The translations under genes and the position numbers were made by a program. The notes beneath the pieces were generated by a model. That model did no database searches, had not been told where the DNA came from, and saw only the letters and a list, made by a program, of their open reading frames with translations. From Candidatus Multivoradales bacterium (GTDB lineage: Bacteria; Acidobacteriota; Thermoanaerobaculia; Multivoradales; Multivoraceae): DNA of 64,000 nucleotides. Location: contig CBDCWI010000002.1 in assembly GCA_965223325.1 (NCBI GenBank), positions 2,272,001-2,336,000 of the forward strand, written 5' to 3'. Shown here piece by piece: positions 48,361-57,800 of the stretch. Numbering within the stretch: the first letter of the stretch is position 1; each line of letters begins with the position of its first letter.

Positions 48361-51300
48361 CTAGGGAGAAACGCAGCTGAAGAGGTCGTCGGCCTGTGCG
48401 GCGCCCTTGCTCCCCTTCTTCTTCGGCGGCCTTCGCGCCTCCTCGCACATGCTCGGATCTGCTGAGGTGTTGCCCAGCGCCAGGTAGGACTGCTCGAGCT
48501 CCCAGGAGTGGCAGTTGAGGGGTGTGGCAACACACTCGTTCTCGGCCCAGGGACAGGCTTCGGTGGAGCAGTCCGCGCCCGAGGCCGAACAGGTCATTGT
48601 CACACCGTCGTCCTGCAACTCACACTCATCGACATCGCAACTCGGCGCGTCTGCACCACACTCCTGGTCTGGGACGGCAGAGCACGTGCCGGTATAGCAG
48701 TAGCCCTCCATCTCGCCGGTGTAGACAAACGTTCCGCCGTTGTTGTAGCAGTCGACCTGCGCCGAGCACCACACCTGTTCGTCTCGAAGGTCGTCGGTAT
48801 CGTCGCAGGCCAGGTTGCACATTTCGAACAAGGCCTCGACGCTCGAACCGTCGCAGACCAGATCGTTCTGTGCATCCGGAAGGCCATCTCCGTCGATGTC
48901 ATCGAGAGTGTCGTCGCCGTCACCGTAGCCGCTGACCACACAGTTGGCTGCCATCGTAATCAGGTCACGCGCCAGCTTGTTCCGCTTGTCCTTGCCGCTG
49001 TCAATGCAGATGCCCTCGATCGCACAGGTATCGACGGGGGGCGTGGCTGACGGCGGATTGATGCTGACTCCACAGACCTGGAACTGCGTCGCAAGTCCAA
49101 GGCCCGGATCGAGCGCCGCACCGATCACGAGCGCCAGGTTGTCTGGATGAGTGCCCCAGTAGCCAGGCGTTCGACAGACCTCGACCAGGCACATGTCGCC
49201 GTCGGGCTCTTCGACGTTTGAACAACCCGTCACCGAGTCACATGTGTCGGTAGTGCACTCGTTGCCGTCACTGCAGTCGACCGGCGGACCCTCGCAGACA
49301 CCGTTGACACAGAAGTCGCCGCCGCCCGCGCGATCACCGGTACAGGCGTCGTCGTCATCGCATGAGATTGGTGGGTCGTCGGGAACGTTCGCATTGACGC
49401 ATTCGCCCGTGTCCTTCTCGCACGAGTCGTTCGTACATAGGTTGTCGTCGTCACAGTCCTTCGACGAGTCGTTGACGCAAGCTCCGTCGGCATCGCACAC
49501 ATCGAGGGTACAGAGATCGTCATCCTCGTTGCACGGAGTATCGACCGGTTCGTTGTTCGGCTGGCATTCGCCGGTGGCGTCGCACGTGTCGGGGTTCGTA
49601 CACTCATTGTTGGTGCCTGAACCACACGCCGTGCCGGCTGGCTTCGGACCGCCACCGCCGCAGGCACCGGCAGTGCAAACCTGACCGTCGTTGCACTCAT
49701 CGCCAGAGTCCCCACACGACGTATCGTCGGGAGCATCGTTCGGCTGGCATACGCCTGAGGCGTCGCAGGTGTCGGGGTTCGTGCACTCGTCGTTGGTGTC
49801 CGAGCCACACGCAGTGCCGGCCGGCTTCGGACCGCCACCGCCGCAAGCACCGGCAGTGCAAACCTGACCGTCGTTGCACTCATCGCCAGAGTCCCCACAC
49901 GACGTATCGTCGGGAGCATCGTTCGGCTGGCATACCCCTGAGGCGTCGCAGGTGTCGGGGTTCGTGCACTCGTCGTTGGTGTCCGAGCCACACGCAGTGC
50001 CGGCCGGCTTCGGACCGCCACCGCCGCAAGCACCGGCAGTGCAAACCTGACCGTCGTTGCACTCATCGCCAGAGTCCCCACACGACGTATCGTCGGGAGC
50101 ATCGTTCGGCTGGCATACCCCTGAGGCGTCGCACGTATCGGGGTTCGTGCACTCGTCGTTGGTGTCCGAGCCACACGTCGTGCCGGCTGGCTTCGGACCG
50201 CCACCGCCGCAAGCACCGGCAGTGCAGAACTGACCATCGTTGCACTCATCGCCAGAGTCCCCACACGACGTATCGTCGGGAGCGTTGTTCGGCTGGCATA
50301 CCCCTGAGGCGTCGCACGTGTCGGGATTCGTGCATTCGTCGTTGGTGTCCGAGCCACACGTCGTGCCGGCTGGCTTCGGACCGCCACCGCCGCAAGCACC
50401 GGCAGTGCAGAACTGACCATCGTTGCACTCATCGCCAGAGTCCCCACACGACGTATCGTCGGGAGCATCGTTCGGCTGGCATACGCCTGAGGCGTCGCAG
50501 GTGTCGGGGTTCGTGCACTCATTGTTGGTGTCCGAGCCACACGCCGTGCCGGCTGGCTTCGGACCGCCACCGCCGCAGGCACCGGCAGTGCAAACCTGAC
50601 CGTCGTTGCATTCATCGCCAGAGTCCCCACACGACGTATCGTCGGGAGCGTTGTTCGGCTGGCATGCGCCTGCTCCGTCACAGGTGTCAGGATTCGTGCA
50701 CTCGTCGTTGGTGTCCGAGCCACACATCGTGCCCGACGTCGCGAATCCGCCGTCGACACACGCACCGTTGAGACAGACGTCGGCAGGTACACAGACGTCG
50801 CTTCCGTCATCGCCGCAAATCATGGAGTCTGTGTCGCTGAAGTCAGGATCACCACATTCTCCTGCCCCATCGCAGTAGAGGTTTACGGCGCAAACACCGG
50901 TCCCGTCCGTACCACAGCCGCTAGTCGTTGGCTCGTGGTTGGGAACGCACATTCCTTCCCCGTCACAAGTGTCCGGATTGGTGCAGGCGTCGTCTGTATC
51001 GTCACCACACGCTACCCCCTCGCCCTTGTTGCTGATGTCGCAAACCGCAACCGACACGGTGTTGATTACGCAAGCACCAACCTCGCACTGGTTGGCCGTT
51101 GCAGCACAGGCTGCGTTGAAATCAGGATCGTCGCAGTCCTCAGCCGTGACGAGGCAATCTGAGCGGACCGACGGGTTCGATTCCGAGGGAAGCGTGCACA
51201 CGTCTTGGAATTCCGGTGTACCCGTAAAGTCAAGAAAGTCGACCCAGCAGAGCACTGTCGTGTCGGTGCCGACCGTCTCAGGGTCGCCGTCGTCGAACGG

Positions 51301-51792
51301 GCCTTCTGAAGAGTACGAGACCTCGCATATCGTCGCGGGGTCGTCAACAGGCACACCGCCTACGCAGCTAAGTGGCGCAGTGTTCTCGCACGTCAGGACT
51401 TCATACGAGAGTTCGTCAACCGGACCGTTCCCACCGGCGGAATTGATCAGAGTCACTTCGATCGCGTAGTTCGAGTTCCCATCGCCATCAGTGTCGTAGT
51501 AGATCTGAGCATCGAGAGTATTCGCCCCACTGACAGTCGTATCGTCGAAGTTGAAACTAACGTGCTCCTCGTAGGGATCATTGTCTCCAAGGTCGCGACA
51601 TAGGTAGGTGAGATCTTTCTGCCCCGCCTCGTCATCCGCACCCTGGAAATCGGCCGTACAGGTCGTAGGCGCGGGTTCTTCGGCCGCTACCAGTGAAGCG
51701 GCTCCGAAAACCCCGACAAGGCCCATGGCCAGAGTCATCAGACCCAGGTTCTTTGCGCCGAAGCGCCTTCTACAGTTCGCGATACTTCCCAT
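48361..51792 (-). CDS. Secreted acidic cysteine-rich repeat protein (disintegrin-like / Dictyostelium CTDC-like repeats)
   Basis: AAGGAGG RBS before MGSIANC..., signal peptide, about 115 Cys by manual count, DxDxDG motifs, CDDDNLCTNDSC-type repeats, C-terminal CRTPGYWGTH domain. Confidence 0.85.
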   Translation of the reverse strand: MGSIANCRRRFGAKNLGLMTLAMGLVGVFGAASLVAAEEPAPTTCTADFQGADDEAGQKDLTYLCRDLGDNDPYEEHVSFNFDDTTVSGANTLDAQIYYDTDGDGNSNYAIEVTLINSAGGNGPVDELSYEVLTCENTAPLSCVGGVPVDDPATICEVSYSSEGPFDDGDPETVGTDTTVLCWVDFLDFTGTPEFQDVCTLPSESNPSVRSDCLVTAEDCDDPDFNAACAATANQCEVGACVINTVSVAVCDISNKGEGVACGDDTDDACTNPDTCDGEGMCVPNHEPTTSGCGTDGTGVCAVNLYCDGAGECGDPDFSDTDSMICGDDGSDVCVPADVCLNGACVDGGFATSGTMCGSDTNDECTNPDTCDGAGACQPNNAPDDTSCGDSGDECNDGQVCTAGACGGGGPKPAGTACGSDTNNECTNPDTCDASGVCQPNDAPDDTSCGDSGDECNDGQFCTAGACGGGGPKPAGTTCGSDTNDECTNPDTCDASGVCQPNNAPDDTSCGDSGDECNDGQFCTAGACGGGGPKPAGTTCGSDTNDECTNPDTCDASGVCQPNDAPDDTSCGDSGDECNDGQVCTAGACGGGGPKPAGTACGSDTNDECTNPDTCDASGVCQPNDAPDDTSCGDSGDECNDGQVCTAGACGGGGPKPAGTACGSDTNDECTNPDTCDASGVCQPNDAPDDTSCGDSGDECNDGQVCTAGACGGGGPKPAGTACGSGTNNECTNPDTCDATGECQPNNEPVDTPCNEDDDLCTLDVCDADGACVNDSSKDCDDDNLCTNDSCEKDTGECVNANVPDDPPISCDDDDACTGDRAGGGDFCVNGVCEGPPVDCSDGNECTTDTCDSVTGCSNVEEPDGDMCLVEVCRTPGYWGTHPDNLALVIGAALDPGLGLATQFQVCGVSINPPSATPPVDTCAIEGICIDSGKDKRNKLARDLITMAANCVVSGYGDGDDTLDDIDGDGLPDAQNDLVCDGSSVEALFEMCNLACDDTDDLRDEQVWCSAQVDCYNNGGTFVYTGEMEGYCYTGTCSAVPDQECGADAPSCDVDECELQDDGVTMTCSASGADCSTEACPWAENECVATPLNCHSWELEQSYLALGNTSADPSMCEEARRPPKKKGSKGAAQADDLFSCVSP
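49556..50725 (-). repeat. Intragenic tandem repeat, 183-bp unit, six copies plus a partial
   Basis: TTCGGCTGGCAT recurs at 49556, 49739, 49922, 50105, 50288, 50471 and 50654; the unit encodes a 61-aa, 8-Cys module. Confidence 0.95.
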
Positions 51793-52445
51793 CGTCGCCT
51801 CCTTCATTTGGACAGGGACACAACAGGCGGGCTGCTGAACGCAGGTGCCCGCCCCGATTCGCTGCCAGTCACCAATGGTTGGAGACCGCAACACAGACGT
51901 TCGCGCACACCGAGACCTGACTTCGGGCACCAACCGGCACTCTCGAAATCTGTTCTTGCTCTGGAGTGGTGCTCGTCTCGCACGTTGCAGCCTCAATTTC
52001 CCGACCAGGGTCGGGGCAATTCTCGGGACTGACTCTCCAGACAAAAAAAAACGCGAGGCGGCGGTTCGAGCACTGCTGTTTGGCAGCGCGGGGCGCGGGG
52101 AGGACTGACTTCGATGAGACCCGAACTCGGCCCACGGCCATCGCTGAGAAGAGCACTCTAGTCACAGTCAGCAACATATGCAAGAAGGCCAAGAAGCGAA
52201 CCATTCAAGGGATCCACCGCAACCTGGCAACTGAGACAGTCCGGGTACTGTCGGAGCCCGAGACCAGTACCTACGCCCAACCCGGAGGGCTCTTTTCACC
52301 TTCCTGGGCTCCTTTCCCGGACTGGCGCTTTCTTGCTGGCGTCCCGCTCGATGAGCCCGCTGCATTGTCATATCTATCGACGTTGAGCTATGTTACAGCG
52401 GACTCCTACTCCACACCTCAAGGCGATTCCATTCGGGAGGATTCC

Positions 52446-53648
52446 ATGCACATGCTCCACTCCACCAACGCGTCGCTAACAGGAAGCGGCCTTCGACGGC
52501 CGCTCCTCGCAATCGTTGCGACCTTCGCAGCAATCTGGTTCACGCTCCCGGCACTTGCACAGACCGAAGCGACCAAGAGTGAATCTGCTCGCGCGCGCGG
52601 CTGGGTCTCCCATGCCGTCGACGCACAACCCATCGCTCGCGAGCGCAGCCACACGGGAGACGTGCCCCTCTGGGACCAGGGTGATTTTTCGACCACTGAC
52701 AGCAACAACATCTCGAGCTATGTCGTCGCAATGGACATCAGTTTCAGTTCCACAATTCGTTTCGACGGCTTCACGATCTGGCTGTCTGATGACGAGGTGA
52801 ACGACAACGGAGTCCTCGATAGCTTCGCGGGAACGATCTCGTGGGCATTCATGGCCGATGCCGCCGGCGAACCTGGCGATGTTGTCGTAACGGGCCACTC
52901 CGCGATGCCGGACTTGACGGACATGGGCTTTCAGGACGCCTTCGATGCCGACCTGTTCCAGCTCGATCTCGACGTTCCGGCGCTACTGCTCGATGCGGGG
53001 GACTATTGGTTTGCCATTCACGAGGGGCAGTGGGGAGACGCCGACGACGACTCCCCTGTCTGGTGGCAGCACCCGGCGACCACGGTGGGAGTTCCAGGTC
53101 GGCGCAATTTCGACGAGCAGAACCTCAATGACAATTGGGAAACTGCCGGCGACTCAGCTTTCGTTCTCTACGGCGACGGCCTCGATCAGAGCCAGAGCGC
53201 AATGAGCACCAGCGTGACAGGAACACTGGCGCAGTCTTTCAAGCCCAGCGTGCTCTCACTCTCCGGGGTCAGCCTTCTGACCGTCGGCTCGGGCACGGAG
53301 GCCGTCAGTGCCTCGGTCTGGGACGAGCTCCCCAATGACGGTGGAGTCCTGCTCGCTGAGGGCGGAGTTGCAAACGCCAGTCTGGGAGATTGGGTGGAGA
53401 TCTCCTGGCAACCCATCGATGTCGACCCTTCCGAGGATTACTTCATCGTTCTGCCCGCGCATGGGTTCTCCGTTGCAGCGCAGGACGCGAACCCCTATGC
53501 CGATGGCCAGGCCTACGAAGGTGCCGTTTACACACCGAATGCCGCCCGCGATTTGGCTTTTCGTACCTGGGCAACCTATCCGATTCCGTTCTTCGCCGAC
53601 GGTTTCGAAAGCGGTGAAACAGACCGTTGGACGAAGACGGTTCCCTGA
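52446..53648 (+). CDS. Secreted acidic beta-sandwich protein with C-terminal FADGFESG tail
   Basis: GGGAGGA RBS before MHMLHS, signal peptide ending ALA-Q, AGDYWFAI, DLAFRT, ends FFADGFESGETDRWTKTVP. Confidence 0.75.
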   Translation: MHMLHSTNASLTGSGLRRPLLAIVATFAAIWFTLPALAQTEATKSESARARGWVSHAVDAQPIARERSHTGDVPLWDQGDFSTTDSNNISSYVVAMDISFSSTIRFDGFTIWLSDDEVNDNGVLDSFAGTISWAFMADAAGEPGDVVVTGHSAMPDLTDMGFQDAFDADLFQLDLDVPALLLDAGDYWFAIHEGQWGDADDDSPVWWQHPATTVGVPGRRNFDEQNLNDNWETAGDSAFVLYGDGLDQSQSAMSTSVTGTLAQSFKPSVLSLSGVSLLTVGSGTEAVSASVWDELPNDGGVLLAEGGVANASLGDWVEISWQPIDVDPSEDYFIVLPAHGFSVAAQDANPYADGQAYEGAVYTPNAARDLAFRTWATYPIPFFADGFESGETDRWTKTVP

Positions 53649-53971
53649 CCAAAGCGCTCTCGCCTGCCGCCGCCTCGGGCGACGTGTGATTCTTGCGGCG
53701 CAAACACAAATCGATCGGCAAACAGTTCAGAGAGCAATAAAGCGCTACTCGTCGCACGGAGGGAGGATTCTAAGGCCCTGTCTCGAAAAGAGTTAGGCGA
53801 AACAATGCACAGATCTTCATATCGCCGCAGCTCTCTATTCGGGGTTTCCTTGGCGCCCATAGACAACAGTGACATGATCACGCCGGTTTTGGCTCCATTG
53901 TCCTGTTAGCGACTGTTCCACCCGCCTAGCTAGAGTCTGCAGAATTCCCCCTTCAACAATAGGAGGTTCTG

Positions 53972-54880
53972 ATGACTCTCGTCCTCGAACTGCGGCGGCG
54001 ATGGCCGCTAGCCTGCGCATTGATTCCCGTTCTCGGAATCTGCGTCCTCTCCGCCCCGGCCACCGCGCAGGTCGGGCCCGGATCTGAGCTCTTCCAGATC
54101 GGCACGCCTGGTGCGGCCACGGTCGTCGGCAACGCCGACCTGCCCGGCCTCGATTGGGCCGACCTGTTCGACAAGCACGGCCGCACAACCGAATTGGCGG
54201 CCGCCGGGTCACTGGTCTTGTTCGACCAGGACTACGTCTCCAAAGGCGAGGGCTTCGAAGGCAGCGCTGCCGCCGGCCACGGCTTGTTCAACAACGGCAT
54301 CGCCGAGAGTGATCACGACCTCAGCAACGCCTACTTCTACGAGACAACGAACGCGAGTGGCGAGGCGCACCTCTTCATCGCATTCGAACGCCTGGCAACG
54401 GGCGACAGCAAGGTGTGGTTCGAGCTCAACCAGGATCGCCAGAGCATGGGGCGCGGTGGCTACACCAAGAACGTTCCATGGACGGTCGACGGTGAACGCA
54501 CTGTCGGCGACCTCGGTGTAGCTCTCGAGTTCTCCGCCAGCCACATTGCCGGAGTCCTGGTCCAGGCCTGGGACGGCTCGAGCTGGCGCACTCTCACCGA
54601 GCTCGGCGGCGAAGGTTGCGGCGACGGAGACAACTTCTGCATCGCTACCAATGTGGCCGCCATTGAGGGCGGGCCCTGGCACGTCAAAGGCAACGGCAAC
54701 GCCGGTGGCGGGAAAGGTAAGGGAAAAGGCAACGCCAACAAAGGCGATCTCGAAGCCCAGACCTTCATTGAAATGGGAGTGAACCTCGGCGCCCTTCTGG
54801 GAGCCAACCCTGAATACGCGACGGCACAGGCCTGGACGCCTCAGGACATGATGCTTTGCCACCTGTGGGGAGCACGCTGA
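53972..54880 (+). CDS. Secreted hypothetical protein, translationally coupled to the downstream repeat protein
   Basis: AGGAGG RBS, signal peptide (ATA-Q), DLSNAY...FERL...FELNQ...RTVGDL; TGATG overlap with the next gene. Confidence 0.75.
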   Translation: MTLVLELRRRWPLACALIPVLGICVLSAPATAQVGPGSELFQIGTPGAATVVGNADLPGLDWADLFDKHGRTTELAAAGSLVLFDQDYVSKGEGFEGSAAAGHGLFNNGIAESDHDLSNAYFYETTNASGEAHLFIAFERLATGDSKVWFELNQDRQSMGRGGYTKNVPWTVDGERTVGDLGVALEFSASHIAGVLVQAWDGSSWRTLTELGGEGCGDGDNFCIATNVAAIEGGPWHVKGNGNAGGGKGKGKGNANKGDLEAQTFIEMGVNLGALLGANPEYATAQAWTPQDMMLCHLWGAR

Positions 54881-57800
54881 TGAAGAACCTCACCAGTCGC
54901 TATGTAACTCCACTCATCGTTTTCACGGTTCTCGTCCTTCTCGGCTCGGGGTCACCCGTCGCCGCACAGACCTGTATCCAGGATCTTTCGGACTTCGGCC
55001 TGCAATGTACGGCCAAGGACGTCAAGGTCACCAACATCGAAACCGCCAGTGGCGAAGAGCTGGCCTGCCCAGTGGGTGAGGAGATCGAGGTCGACCTGGT
55101 CGCCACTCTGCTCGCCGGCGCGCAGGAGCGCTACGACATCGGAATCTTCGTTTCCGAGAATGAGTTCGCCAATGCCCAGGAAGGCATGTGCGGCGTCTAC
55201 ACCCTCGAACCCACAACGACAGATCCCGCCCTCGCCGGTCCGATGGGGCCCTTCCTCGAGCTCGAGACCTACCCCGACATGTGCGGGGATATCGGCGCCG
55301 AACAGACGGTCATGTACCACTTCACCGCAACGGTCTCATGCGTCGACCTCGACGACGACGGCCTGGTGGATATCGAGACCTGCCTGTCATGGGAGAACAA
55401 CAAGAAGAACGACGACGGGTGCGAAGCACCCGACCCGAATGATCTCGAGAACTTCCAAGCACTACCCGGCACGCCGTCGAAGTGCCGCTGCGAAACCGCC
55501 AACGTCGGCAACCTGGTGGTGGCACCGAAGCTCTCGGTAAAGAAGGAAATCGAGGGCAGCCCCGCATCCGTTCCCGACAACTTCACCGTGGTCGCCGACG
55601 GGCCGGATGAGACGGATCCCGATCCCGACACATCGACCCTCGACGTTCCTTCCGACGGAACACCTGTTGCAGTCCCCGACACCACCATCGGCACCTGGAC
55701 GTTGACTGAAGACGTGCCGATGGGCTGGGAGTTCAAGAGCGTCAGCTGCACCGACGGTACGACCGGCGCGGCCGGTTCGGTCAGTGTCGACCTCGACTAC
55801 GGCGACGAGGTGGTCTGCACCTTCACCAACCGGCAGCTGCCGGGCAACATCATCATCGAGAAGCAGGCCGACTTCGATCCCACGAAGTCCTTCAATTTCA
55901 CGGGCCCAGCCGATTCCTCGTTCTCTCTCCAGGACGGTGAAGACACGGGAATGCAATACGAGGGTCTCGCTGCGGCTACCTATCAGTTCTTCGAACTGGT
56001 TCCTGACGACTGGAGCCTGACAAGCATCGTCTGCACCGATGGATCGTCTACGTCAGAAGTAACGGACACCGACGGCAACCCTGGCATCAGCATCGACCTC
56101 ATGCCGGCAGAGACGGTTCGCTGCGTGTTCACCAACGAGCCCAACGACGGCACCATCAAGATCGTCAAGCACACTGGTATTGAGACCACGCAAGACTTCG
56201 TCTTCAGCGGTGTCCCGACCCCGGACGGTACCGTCACGATCAACGGCACCGATGCCAGCGGCATGAACATGACGGCGGAGATCCCGGCTTCACCGGGTTC
56301 GTACACCATTGGTGAGAACGTCACTCCTGGTTGGTCGCTCACCGGCATCGAATGTACGCCGTCGACCCTCAATGAAGAAAAGGACCTCGCGAACCGGCAG
56401 ACGACGTTTACGTTGCCGCCGGGGGTGGACGCGGTGTGCACCTTTACCAACGAGGAAGACAAGAAGGGCACCTTCAAGGTGGTCAAGAAGATCGTCGGCT
56501 ATGACCCCGGCACAGATGCCGGCGTCTTGTTCGATTTTGACGTGCCATGGTCAGACGACCCGATTCAACTCGGGCACAACAGCATGGCATCGATGGAGCT
56601 CGATCCCGGAATGGTCACCGCCGCGGAAGACGTGGTGAACATGCCGGAGGGCTTCACCTTCGTCGGTGTCCGGTGTGTGAGCGACGCTGACCCGGAAAAC
56701 CCGGAGGTGGCCACGAGCAGCGACGACGCGGAAGTCACGGTCGAGTTGATGGCCGAGGAGACCATCACCTGTACGTGGACCAACAAACGCGTCCCAGGCA
56801 CCGGCAGTATCACGGTCACCAAACAGGCCGAGGACGACTGCCATGCGATGTTCGACTTCGACGTCAGCTGGCTCGAGTCCGACAGTCCGTTCGACCTGTG
56901 GCTCATCGATGCGGATTGCCCGCCGAATGAACATCCAGCGGACATGCTGATCCACGAGAGTGGCGAGCTGGAAGCGCCGATGACCTACACCATCGAGGAA
57001 ACCTTCGTCCAGGACGGTTGGTTCCTTGCCGACATCCAGTGCACAGTCACCGGAGACGGCGGCTCGACCTGGACTCCGGACGTTACGAACCACACGGTGA
57101 GCATCGACCTCGAACCGGGTGACAACGTGCACTGCGTGTTCTACAACGAGCCCGAGGTCCCAGGCACTGGCAAGCTCACTCTCCGCAAGGCAACCTGGCC
57201 GAAGGACTGCCACGCCATGTTCGACTTCGACGTCAGCTGGCTGGACAATACGCCCTACGACCTCTGGTTGATGGAGTGGACGTGCTACGGCAACGAAGCG
57301 CCAATGTTCGAGCTGCCTGCCGGCATTGAGCACACGGTGATCGAAACCTTCATCCAGGAGGGTTGGGCCCTCGATGACATCATCTGCACGAGCGATATGC
57401 CGCCGCCACAAGTCGATATCGACGTCGCGAGCCGCACGCTCAAGGTGACCCTCAGACCCGATGAGAACGTGGTTTGCACCTTCAAGAACAAGGAGGTGAC
57501 CGATGGAACCGGCACCATCATCGTCAAGAAGGATGCACTGAAGAACTACGACGACACCCTCATGTGGGACTTCGAGCTCAGTGGTGGCGATCTTCCGGCA
57601 CCGGTTCAGACCTGGCTCGGAGACGAAGAAAGCACCACCTGGCCTGGCCTCACACCGGGCAACTACTGGCTCAAGGAGCTGTGGGGGCCAAGCGGTTGGC
57701 ACGTGCAGGAGATCGTCTGTAAAGACGAGACCGGCCAGTGGGTAGCGCATACCTATAACGGCCACATGGTCGACATCGACCTCCAGCCGGGGCAGACCAT

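Noticed and set aside
49556-50725. Regular repeat array as a possible CRISPR, and the four near-identical 60-aa ORFs plus the 526-aa alternative-frame ORF
   Set aside because: Units are contiguous 183-bp in-frame coding repeats with no unique spacers and no cas genes. The extra ORFs are off-frame by-products of the repeat.
52323-52337. TGGCGCTTTCTTGCT as a sigma54 promoter for the 52446 gene
   Set aside because: GG-to-GC spacing is one base short of the strict -24/-12 requirement.
51966-52445. Long N-terminal extensions of ORFs 51966(+) and 52044(-)
   Set aside because: Strong RBS plus signal peptide place the starts at 52446 and 51792; the extensions overlap each other and look non-coding.
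53700-53760. GGCAAAC-containing segment resembling a c-di-GMP-I riboswitch start (similar one near 45655)
   Set aside because: Lacks the GAAA tetraloop stem and GACGCAAAGC core.
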